Of a stretch of DNA of 64,000 nucleotides, positions 35,804-49,000 are shown piece after piece; positions within the stretch are counted from its first letter, which is position 1, and every line of letters starts with the position of its first letter. A program made the translations under genes and the position numbers. The notes under the pieces were generated by a model. The model ran no database searches. It saw nothing but the letters and a program-made list of their open reading frames with translations, and had not been told where the DNA came from. Source of the stretch: Ascidiella aspersa (lineage: Eukaryota); assembly GCA_963924565.1 (NCBI GenBank), contig OZ004610.1:29636001-29700000 (forward strand). The letters are read 5' to 3'.

Positions 35804-38800
35804 TCCGTTACAAGTCACTATGACGCAGACCAAGCCGAGGTGGCAAGTATTTCAAGTGCACAAAGTATACATTCTTCCAGCATTGGCAGTTGTTTCGCCG
35901 GCAGGCAAAATCAACAGCCCCCGTGTGAGTTGTGACAACCGCGGCGATACATGGGATCCCCGCACAGAAGACCCTCTCATCTTTTCCTTTTGTCATTCCC
36001 AAAGCCTCTTTTTGTCACTCCCAACACCTCTTCACAACTGCTGTCACTGAGGGCTAAAGATAGACGGCAAATACTTGTTTCCGTTGTGGTTTGCGAGGAC
36101 TGGGCTTTGGGGAGGTACACAGTGATTACGTACAGCCCTGGGAGACTGTTGTCATTTCGGATCGAAACCCAAGAATGCGTTGTCGGGATTAGGGATGCCG
36201 ATTTTCCGGCGTCCATTCATCGGCTTTTGTAAACTCGCATCATCAAAGGGCTGCATCCGTTTGTGAGTCACGCATAAATAACCACTGCGAGTCCCGAAAA
36301 TTCACCCCTACCCCCGCCACTAAAATACTGCTGCCCCTCGTTGGGTCCATTGTTACCCTTTGTTGCCCCCACAAATAACGGGGTGAATCACTACGCTGGA
36401 CGCCGGCCAAAAATCTCCGCAATTTCGATTTCCCCCTGAAACGATAACAATCTCTGAACGCCGATTGGACGAACGGAAAAGGTAAATCTCAGTTATGCGG
36501 TCATGTGGCTGTTTGTGTGTGACATGGGAAGCCAACTTCTTGTGCTTTTCTCAAACTCGCGTCGTTCTCAATTTGAATTATTATTATTCGTTCAGGGAGA
36601 GCGAGTTGGTCATGAGAAACAACCGACTCAGTTAAACATAATCACAGTTTGTGTAGTTTTTAAGGCATCTTCTACAATTGGTAGCATTCCAAACTCCATT
36701 CCAGACATTTAAAGTCGCTTTAAAACATGTGTCCAACATGCTGTCCCGTTCCAATTTAGTCTAATCTTTGAAGCAATCGCCAACCAGCAACTTTTCATCA
36801 AACAACCACAAGATAACTTTGCCAGTTACATGAAATCGCTCTTAAAAACATGCATGCGCGTACCTATAGCGGCGGACAAACGGTAACATGTTCTTTTCCT
36901 GGTGTGTTTGTTTGTTTAAAGCCGTCGTTACATCGTCAACACAAGCGCTCGACGAGGCTTTGCGGGTATTTCGGGCAATTACTGTCAAAACACGACGGCT
37001 TTTAGCGCGTCGGCAATTGCGTAATTCGACCCGTGTCTTAAATCGCGACCAGCGCTCAGTGACCGGGCGCCATTGTCCCTTCGGCGTCAAAAAAATAACA
37101 CAACCCTTATTTTTAACCTTGCCCGTCCAACTGCGCGACAGCTCGTCATATCGTTAAGCGACTTATCTTCTTTCGGGGGTCCCATAACAAGGGCGTGTGT
37201 ATATCGATAGGTGACGAACGCTTGACTTTGTGTCCCTCGACTCGGAAAACCGCGTTCGCGGATTATTTGAGACGTCACTCACGGCTATTTTTAAACGAAG
37301 ATCAAACTAGGAGTTCTGTTTTATCCCGGTCCGTTCGGCCCCGATGAGACCAACTTCGAACGCGGAAGCACAAAGTCCGCTATACCATCATCAATCGTAT
37401 TTCGCAATGATAAGTCGTTTCGTAATGTAATGATGAGTAATGATATACCGAAAAAATCCCTCTCATACTTTAGGACGTCTAGCATAATGTCGTTGTATGT
37501 TTTGCAGCCCTGTTAAAAAAAACTGGGAACCTTCTGATACTTTTTGGACAACACATAAGGTATTATACAGGTTTGTTTAGAAAAGATTGGGAACCTTGTG
37601 ACACTTTTCGGACAACACCTAGAGTCTACGGCTGTAAGTTGCATTTATGTTATGATACCTTAAAAGCAACCGAAAATCCCAACCGTTAAGGGCCAATTCA
37701 GACGAAAAATAACATGATATTATTGTCCGTTTGACCCTTGGGATTTTTTGTCTGTAATACAAGTTATAGAATACCGTCATCCATATTTTTATATTTGGGT
37801 GGCTTAAAACATTTAACTTTTCGGCCTCGGACATTGTTCTTTCATCGCATTCAATTCAATTGGCGTCTTACTCGAACACTGCCTCGATTGCATCTGTCGA
37901 AGACAACAACAACAAACTGGTCATCGCTCTATTTTTACCCAAAGGCTTGAGTCGAACAAGGCAACCCGACCTCAAAGCCAGGGGGGCAGCGTCACCCCTA
38001 ACAAAGCGCGTCAACAGAATGACCCCCTGTGGCCGGGTGCACCCCACTTGTGGGTGATGGGTGAGCAGTCGGGGGCCTGAAACAAGCTTCCGGCACGTTC
38101 GTCCCCCGGTGTTGAATGACCTTCCCTGGAACACAATAGCCGTGTGCATACGGGAACCTACTGCTTTGTAATGCATTGCTTTGCTGTTGGGGAAATTGCT
38201 TGCGGTCGAACAAAGGACGCCCCTGTTTTCGGCTTTGAAGTTCCCCGTTTTCTGTTTTACCCACGCCTGCTGCGAGACTAAATGCACACTGCTGCTGTTA
38301 ATGTTGTTGTGTGTCCCCTGACAAACACTGAAACCCAGGAACCGATTTCCCTTTAGAGATTTTTATCGCCCGGAAATGTAACGCAACCTGATCGTTAACA
38401 ATCGAATTGCTGGTGATCACACCTCGACTACCGTAGAGCGATTTATTTGCCAACACAGTGACTAAGCCCTGAGGGATCTCTCTATATTCAGACTATATAC
38501 AGTGCTTTATTTAGTTCTTAAAACCGAAAAACCTAAAAGTAACAGAGAACTGTTTGGATACATAACGGAGATCTGTTTAATATCGGATAAGGCCTTTGTC
38601 AAAACTATCTTTGTGAATGTTAACATTTTTAACGTAACTTGAGCAGTTGCGCGGAATTGGATTTCGTAACGTTTTGTGGCAATTCACAACGTATCGATTT
38701 GCTCCAATGGCCAAAATCATTCTCCTGGTAACAGGAGACCCATGAAAATAACATAAACCTATACCATTAACATCACAATGAATTTGTGTCTAATCAAATT

Positions 38801-41800
38801 TTCTTGTTGCGCAATTTACTGTTTATAGTTTCTACGTTTCGGGTTGTTCAAGGCCTTCCTTCAGACTGCTTATCGAAACGACGATGAGCTTAAAGTGATG
38901 TACATGAAAGGGAGGTACCCTTTTTTTCTTTAGGAAAAAGCTTTTAGCACAAAAAAAATTTACACAAGGCAAAGCTTTTTGTGCAGTAAACAATTTTAGT
39001 TATAGCACTTGGTATTGAACTAATAATGAAAACCCACCCTCTTTGTTTGTTCGATTCCCAACAGCGAAAAACGGTGAAAGAGCTTGAAGTTGGGCAAGTA
39101 TCGTTCACCTCTAGAAACTATAGGGAGGAAAGTTTCAGCGGTTTTCGGAAGGGATCGCTTTGTGGTAACGTATAGCCAATCTTTCGCCCTAGCGTGTTCT
39201 CTTTTTGTCATGTTTATCCGGCAAAAAACATTGGGCTTTCTGATTGCCAGTTGCACAAAAGGTCCAAGCCAAAGGCGAAATTGCCGCCTACCAAGCGTGA
39301 AAAACACAGCGCAACGTCGTGAGAGTTTGCCCGGAGAATTTCTCACGAATTGCCGAAAAGCGGGATGAGGCGAAATTGCACAGCGATGTGCGACGACTGT
39401 ATTTTTGTCGTGTTGGGTTGTGTTGTGCCGCTGTGGACGTGTCATTGCAGCAAAATACACACTATATAGGTTATCGAACTAATGTTTTAAAATATGGCGT
39501 GTCGCTTGGTAGGTAAAACTTTCACCTTTCTTCTGCCCTCAAAGAACATATATGGTATATACGCGGAATCTTAGTTTTGTTTAGACTTCTGCATGCCTAA
39601 TAAGTCAATTCTGTTGATCCTTTTAACCTTCCATTCAATGTCACAAATTTCCCCAATGGTGAATCCATCCTTGTTTGCTTGCCTTTTGGATGGATTCTGA
39701 CTTTTGAGTTTTTTTCCTTCGTGTAATTTTCGTGTACTTTTTAGGCCTGGTCATTTTCCGAAATGGTGCTAACTGTATCTTTAAGTTTACGAAACCGTAA
39801 AAACTGTTCAGGTTGTGATCTACGTTTGCTCAAAGACTGCTTTTATCTTCGTATAAGGTTTGACCTGATTTGAATTGAATGCATACGGCAATGTTTGAGA
39901 TCATCGGTTAATTAAAGCCATGTCAGACGAGTTATTCTTTGTATTTTATTAGGTTTATCACACAACATTAGTTAAAAAATCTGTAGGTTTTTAATTTTTT
40001 GCGTAAAGCCACTTTTGTTTTTTGTTTCAAAATAACGCAGTAAAAGATCACCTAAGGCGCTTATCCATGTAAGATGCGTTTACCAGACTCTGTAGCCTTC
40101 TTGGCTGTCAGATCCTCCATCAAACCGTAAGATAAAGAGCGAAAACACTCATAACGCTGCTACCGGAACGGGTCATTACAAATTATACCTTACATGGTGT
40201 GTCATTCGGCGAGACAAAACACCAGCCAATCGTCCTTTACCAAACCACCGTTTTCCACCAACAACCGCCCGTGCTTTAAACCGCTGCATGTCTTGGGGAG
40301 CAGCATTTTCCTTACGCAATGGAAGAGGCGCACAATTACGTCCTTTGTTTACTCGCGGGTCCCCGCGCGCCCCATACCGCGAACATGGGTGAATCGGCCC
40401 CCATTTTTTTCTGCTGCGCAAGTGAAACGCCCCACCGCGCTAAAAAGGTGATGTCATGTTTTTGACTGCCAGGAGAGCGCGGCCTACAGGCACGTATAGC
40501 CTATACACCAGGCTGTATCTTCATAACAAAACTCACCGCCCCTTCAGTTTCCCTTCATCCATTTAGCGTTGCAACAAATTTAGACATAGGCATCTATTGT
40601 TTAACCTTGTCAATTAGTGTTCTATGTTGCGGCCCATTTAGCTGCTGAAACAACATTCAACTAGACTTGAACTGCTACACACCGGAATTTTTCTCTTAGT
40701 GTTAAATTTAACGGTCTCACACATGAGGTATGTTAGCTGATAGCCATTATACATTCTTTTGTACTGTGATTGCGAATTAACCAAGAAGATTCAAGTCATT
40801 CAGATGTTGTTTCCTTAAGGGATCCTTAGATCGTATAAAATGGTAATTGAAAAGAAATTATCGTAGCAACCTCTGCCTCTTTTTGTTCAGCGTACTGCGT
40901 ATGTCGTAAAGCTGATTTTCTTTTTTGCAATTACACTATTGATTAAGCACATTCCTGTGGTTTGCATGATGCGTTTGCAGAACCTCTATGGTCTTTTTGT
41001 AAGTGCATTGTCGTCGGCTATAGTAAAATAGCCTTACCCGGCCTGTCACCAAACTTGATTTATGATTGTTTGCAGTGAAAGTAAATTCCTCTCTCAGCGG
41101 CCCTTAATCCTTGTCCCTAACGTGGAGTTCTCAAGTGTCAGTCATATGCAGAATCCCGAAGGTAAATAATTGAGTCGCTCAAATGCTCAAAGTAAACAAT
41201 CCCCGAGAGGCCCCAGCCTAGGTCGTAAAACAGGGGTTAGAACGTTTTGGTAGGAGGGAGTAACTTATTGCAATAAAGACAGATAGGGCCAAGTGAACCT
41301 TGGCAACCACCTTTTAACTCTTTTTAAAGCTAACCCTAATACAAAATGAGCGTTTATCATTCTTTGGCTGTGGCCGCACCAGTTTGTTTTTCGATTTTGC
41401 TCGAAAAAATGGAAATTGTGTTTGCGGTGCAATTTGTTTTGTTTAAACTGGCGATTTAATCCGCTCCTTTCTTTAAACGTGCCACGGGCCTCGGTAGTGG
41501 TAGGCCTACCATCAATCACATGCTGGTCTGGCGTAAACAATTTTCATTGCCCACTTGCAAGGCTTTGCAAGCGGAGTTGCATTCATGCAGTATCTCCCCA
41601 TGGAAAACTAAAAGCGTACCCAGAAATCGAAAAAAAAAACATTACACATTAAGTTTGAGAATTCAACAACACATAAAAATGCTCATTCAACTATAAATGC
41701 GTTTAGTATACTGTTTTAGAGAAAAATATGCTATGGTTAATCTAAAGTACCCTAAAGATGTTTAGCAAGGTACCGAAAAAGCCAAATCCTTCGCCCCCGC

Positions 41801-42906
41801 GTAACGTAATGTTAAGCCATGTTTTTTCACTGAATATCCAGCTGTGTTTCTTTTGGGATGAAGCGAAAGAGCTTCAACGATATCGTTTCGCAGGACCGCG
41901 GGTTTCTCTAGAAACAACTTCAAGGGTGCAAAGGGGCTTAAACTTAAAAATGCAGACGTTGCGTCTTTGCCTTCAATGTTAAAGCACGTTCCCTGGCCGG
42001 CTAACGTTGGCTGACGTACAACGCACTGATTAACTAGCATAATAGTGGATTAAAGGCTGATTCAGTTACGTGCTGCTTGGGCCACTCATTCATGCCAAAG
42101 TTTCTTCGAATTGAAGGGAATAGTCTCACGATTGAATGATATTATGCTGTTTCGTGAGAAAAGGTATACTGGACAACTTATTGTGTAGGTTTCGATTTTT
42201 GACCTTAACAATCGGCCGAAACCGCGAGAACTGGGAATACTGACGGCGGTGGCGGCTATTTGCGGCGCTCGCATTTGCAACAGTGCGCGAAATCGTGCGA
42301 AACCGCCCCCAATTAGCACTCGGGCAATTTAACCCGCTAATCGAAGGCGCTAATGCTGTCTTGTAATTGGCGCGCAATAATCGTGGAAAAAGTTCGCGCG
42401 AAAACAAGCATCACCCGAGGTTCCTGGAAATCGTGTTGTTTTGTCAATGTACCCCTTGTTAGCAAATCGTCCGCGGTTTTGGCTTGATTGTCACTTGCGT
42501 ATTGCGATCTGTTTGTGATACCTGCGTCTTAAATCCCGTTGAGAGATTGTGAACCGCTTAAAAGCGATCCGCAACGTGTCAAGTGCTGTTTGTTGCAAAC
42601 AAAAGCTGTTTCAAAATCGTGCTTGTTGCGTTTAGGCAATACAAGAGCTGCGTGCGCCATTGACGTGCAAGATTAGCAAAGATAACCATGTTTTCTCCCG
42701 TTTACCCGCAAGACTTATTTGGTGATTGGAAGTATCTTTCCAAGAGACCTCGGACAGTCAACAGTTTGCTCTCTAAGATAAAATTGGGTGATTAAACACA
42801 CTGTATGCTCTTCCAATTTTGTTTGTTATAACACCCGCCTTTTCGGGTACACTATATTCACGGATCCTTAACGTAGCATGATAATAATGAATTGCAAAGC
42901 CAAAAC

Positions 42907-43052
42907 GGTCTAGTAGATCGACATCATCTTAATTAAGACGTTTCGCTACCTTTTATTATGGGTACTTGAATTGATTCACAGTCACACTAACTGAGAATAT
43001 TACAAGCTCGTATCGAAACGTCCTAATTAAGATGATGTCGATCTACTCGACC
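42907..43052. mobile_element. Short foldback element/MITE with 39-bp inverted arms
   Basis: ggtctagtagatcgacatcatcttaattaagacgtttcg (42907-42945) versus the reverse complement of 43014-43052: 2 mismatches. A second partial copy lies at 17051. Confidence 0.75.
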
Positions 43053-46000
43053 CGCCTTTCTATTATCCAAAATACCCTCCCCTCCTTTGCCCATGCAATT
43101 ACTGGTGAACGTGGTGTGATGTGCAGTAACAACGCACTTCTTCGCGCTTCTAAACCGCAAGCGGTGAATGTCAGAGCTAAATGTTGGTGAAGGTCGAAAC
43201 GCAGATAAAAATCATCGCAGGCGCTCTGTCTTTTTTATTGATTATCGCCGCAGATTGATGATCGACCTGGCACAATTACTATAAACTGTAATTTTCGTCC
43301 CAAACAAAAGGCCGCTTTGTCACGCAAAGTGCAACGCTCCCTTTTTCAATACTTTTTAAGTGTAATTTTTTTACGCACCCTTATCGGGTGCCACGCGAAC
43401 CAAGTTTAAAAGTTGCGGCAGAGATTATCGCGAAAAAAAAGGCACCGAAGCGACTAGTCCCACCGGATTTAGATCCGATTTCGAGCTAATACCTGTGAGC
43501 CCCTTTAAGAAGTCGTATTAAATAAGTTAGTACTGGCTATATTTAAGTATAGCTTTTTACCAGACATGAATCAAGTTGCATTTTGAGCAAGATTCCAACT
43601 TATAACTCCTTAGAATATACCCCAGAACCACAGTTTGTTTCGAGTCTTGCTCAGAAACATTACTTTGGGCACAGTCCACACCAACGCATGTTAAACAATT
43701 TACAATAAACGTAATACTATTCCAAAGAAAGCTTCTAACTCAAATAGCGAAAATAAATGCTTGATGAAATGTTTCGCGTAACTTGCTGTGGCCCGTGACC
43801 TAAAAAAATGCTGACAGTACCTGGTCCCGGGCATAATTTAGTGGCCGAATGAGATCTGAAGTGCCTGGCATTTTCGCCGCTCTACGCGCACTTACTTTTG
43901 TCAGCGCGCAGATCGTGCGCGAACGCGGATTTACGAGTGTGCAAACTCATTCGGGTCGCACGCTCGATTTGCACCGGGGCGGTTGCCTTGCGGTGATCTG
44001 TCTTTCCTCTTCCCCGGCATTTCAAGTGGCGTGAATCCCGTGCCTGACCAGTGGCACGTGCCACCGGTGCCACGGCTAGTGGCAACTTGTCACCCGCCAA
44101 GCGGATTGATCGCGTCAGATCACGACGTGCTGGAGTGCTTTGCACTTTCACGCCTTTAAACGCTTAAGTTCGTCTTAAAACTGCGATTGTTCCCGCCTAG
44201 ACTTAAGACAAATACAATTCTTGTCTGCACACAAACCAACGCACTTTTTGCACCCGGAAAGACTGGGAGTAATTTTTTAGACAGAGAGTAAAACAGACCG
44301 TGGCAGGATTCCCTATCGAAACAGAAAATGGAGGCTGAAAGATCTCTTAATTTTCAATATTTGAACTGGTTGAAGCATTAATAACTAATCGAAGAAATAC
44401 TTTTAAGACCAATATAGCGTTATCCGCAATGAATCGGATATCAGCGATTTTAAAAGGCAATTTTTTTCAATGTGTTCTGTTTAGCGTTGTGTTTTTTATT
44501 TTAACGGACATAGATTTTCCCACATAAGTTGTCAAAACGGAACTTGATGTGTCTTAGTTGCAATTTATTGTCTTATAAGTTTTGTGTGACTCAGCGGAAT
44601 ATTTTCTCATAAACGATGCCGATGACAGCTGATTACATTTTAACGCCCTTTTCAACCACAGTGGGTTTATTTCTCAAAACTCTTCAGGTGATGTTATTAA
44701 AAAGTGAATTCCAACAAGATACGTCCCCAGTTATTGCTCGTGACATGAGCGTCGTATTTTCCACATGATTTTAGCCCGATTTCCTCACTGATGGCGTCAC
44801 ACTGTTTGCACAGGCTTGTTTCAGCGAAAAAAGTGACAGTTGGCAAATATTTCAGCCGAGATTCCGGTGTTACGACAGACCTGTAATCAAACAGATAAAG
44901 GAGGTGGTGCCTTATCCGTGAACCTGCACGTCGGCAGTTGAAATAACTGGCTTTATTAGTCTACATGTGGGCAATTAGAGGTGTAATTTAAAATTATTGG
45001 CTGCCACATTTAAAGACATTTTAATATAGTGGAAACATCCTGAACACGTTTTTCCTGTAAAAGTGTGTATCGTGTAAGGTCAACGTTCCCAGGGTAGGAA
45101 GATCGACACCCTACCGTTGGCCACAAGGGCTTTGAAAGTTCGTTGCTGATCAAATACACTTACGAGTCACGACCTCCATCCGTTCGCCAAGAGTCCACAC
45201 GGCTGTGTAAACAGCAAGTCAATCACCATCTTCTTGTGTACGTTTAATCTTCTTCCGAACTCAAATATAATTGCGCCATATTCGAGGCTTTGTATGGGAA
45301 AGCAGTTCATTGTCGCTCTCACATATTTAAATAATAAAGTTTAGCTCCAATGGTTGTTGACTCTTCGTTAAAGACAATGTCATTCTACAGGAACATCACA
45401 TGATGCTAAATTGAGCCTAAGCAATGTGTATTGAATGGTATGAGGAGTCAAAGGACTTAAAAACAAGGCTAATACTGACCAAATATGTAACAAACATGAG
45501 CATACGAAAGATGAAGGTTTTCAATCTTCGACAAATTCGACTTTTTTACGTTAGTAGTTAATACTGCCTTTTATAGATGTTTGTACGTTGGTCAAACTTA
45601 AAGGCAGTGATCTGAGTTAACTGGTTCGCACAGGTTTGTACTGGTTCTCCAAAGTAAAAAAGTTTGCAAAGGATTATAAAGTTAAAAGTCTCTCGAAAGA
45701 TAGACTATACGTAACTTCACATTTATTAAATGTATTGTAATAGGTGCAAAACACGGAATAACGACCGTTATGGTTTTGATAAAATTCAAAGGATTGATTA
45801 AAATATATAGAACACCAGAGACGATACACACACAATTACTGTTTACAATGTAAATTAACAAATGATTGAATTGAGGCGATTTTGCTGGTTGTCCGTGGTA
45901 TGGGGAAGGTCAGTTTGACAACGCGTTTAAATATTTGGCAATCCTTAAACTGAGCCCTAAACCACAATCGCCATAAATCACACGTTAAATATACGCGCAA

Positions 46001-49000
46001 TTTTTGTGCACTGTACGCTGGGTAAAGGTGGAACGGAGATACATTTGGTCACGAGCGTGAAAATCACATCCCCCGATCACCCCGCCCTTCCGTACTGTAA
46101 TTTATCGACGCCGGCCGGTTTTATTGAAGCTGCTTGGTCTGATATATTCGGATCGCAAACGTTCGATCTGTCGTCACTGCGTTGTAAAATATGTGCCATC
46201 AAGGTATTGGCGGCTTGGAATTAGGTATTAGACTGTACTTGGTATTTTTTTTTTGTTTTCAAAGGGTCGATCTCGAAACGAGACCGAAAATAACTTTTAC
46301 ATCGAAATGGTAAACATGCTTATTTTTATAGTATTAGTAATTCAACTGCTAAGTTACACCTCTGAGTTAAATCAACTTTGAATTCTGATAGTCTTAGGTA
46401 CGGTAAAACAAACGCTTTCCGACAAAGTGGTCAAAGTTTTGTTCTGGCTCAGTCATTCGTAGCCAATTGTTAGTTTGTTTTTAGCTTACAACTGTAGAGG
46501 TTGAGAAACCTAATTTGGTAAACACATCCAAAAATAAACGATTAGCGTGAACGTAGTATTGGCCTTGATAAAACTCAACATTATCGGGTTTAATATAGCA
46601 TAAATTGGGGTAACCTGGACGCATTTAATTTCTTCAAGACGTGCAACTAGGACAAAGGACTATGTGTGCGAGCAACTTTTTGCGCTGTTCCACGGAGCGG
46701 GCGCTCGCGCTCGCGCTTATTTACGTGAAGATGCAATCAGTTCTGAGAAACCTTGTAATTTAGCATATATTTAGTGTTTTGCACGTAAGACTCTAACGAT
46801 GCGATGCATTCGGGACTTTTGCAGGATTTGTTTGAGGAAGTATAGGCTCCCTTTCTTCACAGAAAATTACGTTTTTCTGGAAATAAACGATTTTTGTTTA
46901 CTATCGTCGTTTGTCAGAAAATCATTATTGTGTAATGCAATGATTCGCCTAAAAAACTCGTTTATCGCTTAAACCCAGTTTAAATTTCCCAAGCGCCATA
47001 GAACGAGCGATTTTGCGCGTTTTTGCAGATACTTTGAGATTGCGAAATATTTCTAAAGGTTTGCAAAACACTCCGCGTAAAATCTTTCGCAACATATAAC
47101 CGCAGGCTTCGGCGCGTTTGGGCAGCTCAACTGATTTATGGGGAATTTTTTTTAACAATGAGTAACTGGGCAACGAATTAGTAACTGACTACACTGGAAG
47201 GGGGTGTGTCGATAATCTAGGGATAGACCACTCTGTTTACAAAACTGTTATTTTTTTAAATGAATTAATAAACTCTTGAAAAGAATTGGTCATTTTTTAA
47301 GTCAAAAGCTATGAGTGTTCTTTCTGACAAAGCTAAGGTCGAATTAATAAATTTCAAGTTTAAACAAGAGTGTAGGTTTTTAGTTGAAATCTAAAAGTAA
47401 AAAAGTAGCCATTCAACACCAAATCTAAACGACCGTTTTCCCATTTTCAGTTAAGGCTAAGACTGTTTTAACTCTTTAGAATCAAGAGTCTCCATTTAAC
47501 GTCAAATCCACGGGTTTATTTCGCTTATAAAATAATCCCTATTGCACACCCTGCTCAAACAGACACTGGGCCTTGCGGTCGCCAGTTTTAATCGCGAATT
47601 GCATCGCCCTAAACAAACGGACTCTTTTGTTTTCGGGTGTCAAGACCAGGAAGGCTGTATCGCAGAATCCGTCGCATCGAACTTTCACGGACCAGTCTTA
47701 CATGCCGTGCGAGGGACCGTGGGCTGTCAAATTATCGCCGTCAGTTATCTTGACGAGTGCAGGCCTCCCTTGCCATCGCCAGAGATCAAGCCACAGTTCA
47801 AATCCCGGGCGTGCAATGTGCAATGTGTAATCCCGGCTGCGGTAATCCGGAGGCCGCCTTTTCGCTGCTTCAGCTAAAAAATTCGATACAGTGTTGACGG
47901 TCAATTCGTAACGCCTCGCTAGGCCTTTGTAGCTCTTGCAGTTCTGTTTGCATGTTGTGCTTAACTTCATAACAGGCCTATTAGTTTGGTCGATCGTATC
48001 AACGATTAGCTGATGCGATGCGACAGTTCCTGTGGTCGCTTGAAAACAGGTTTCAAATCTTGGGAGTCGTTTCCTGGGCACCCTTTATGATTGCTAGTGA
48101 TTGGAAAAGGAACTGGGTAAAATCTTGCCGCTAAACAAGTCTACAATTCGATACAAGTTGTAAAGTTAAATGAAATTGTTGCGCTCAAAATACTAAATCT
48201 TTACCTTACGGCCTGGCGGATGTCTTCGCGCTACACAGGGCGTCTTAAAACTTTATTACAACATAAATGATGCTAATTTAATTAGTATACTCACAACTGC
48301 CTATTCGTTTAAAAAGGGAAAATGAGGGTAAATATTATGATTGTTTTTACGCAGTATTTTTTTAGAATGGTTAGGCTTATAAGTTGAGAACTTGGGAGCC
48401 TGCAACACTCACCTATTTTATACATAAGAGTTTGCCTGGCAGTAAAACAATTCAATCAAGTATACCTTGAGTGCTTAACCAAGATTATCAGTTGTGGAGG
48501 AAAGATGGTGCCCGTCGCAGAATCCATCGCGTGGAGAGCCAATTCAACTTTACACACAACCTAGTTTTTGGGCTGCATGTTTGACTTGAAAAAACCGGCA
48601 AAACACCTTGTGTAATAGCTAACTATTGCGAAATTCCTCGGGTAAAATTTAGATTTAATTCAGTTCAAAAACATTGGCGCACGAGCTGGAATGGTGCTGT
48701 AATTTTTAAACAGAACGAGCGATTACCTCTCCATTTTTAATCGACTATGGTGCTTTGATCATTATCTAAGATTCTAAGCAATTGAAAACTAAAATAGGAA
48801 ATCTAAGCATTAGAAAATATTGAAGCTAAAATAAAATAAAGAAGTTGGTTTATTTCCTTTTTTAAAAAGAACGTTGTGTTATATGCTTCTGGGAAAAAAA
48901 CTAACTTCAACTTCCAATTTGATAATTAACTGGTTGCGATTTGACGCAGAATTAAGGCGGAAAACCACCCGAAACAGTTCCCACGCGATGAAGTAATTGC

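Noticed and set aside
38831-38866. Hammerhead/Penelope-like words (minus-strand CTGAAGGA...GAAACGTA; similar at ~63765-63790)
   Set aside because: The catalytic core deviates from CUGANGA, stems I and II pair poorly, and there is no Penelope ORF nearby.
6540-44593. AP-1 heptamers TGA(G/C)TCA (about a dozen)
   Set aside because: The count is close to my rough chance expectation (~8) for this length and composition.
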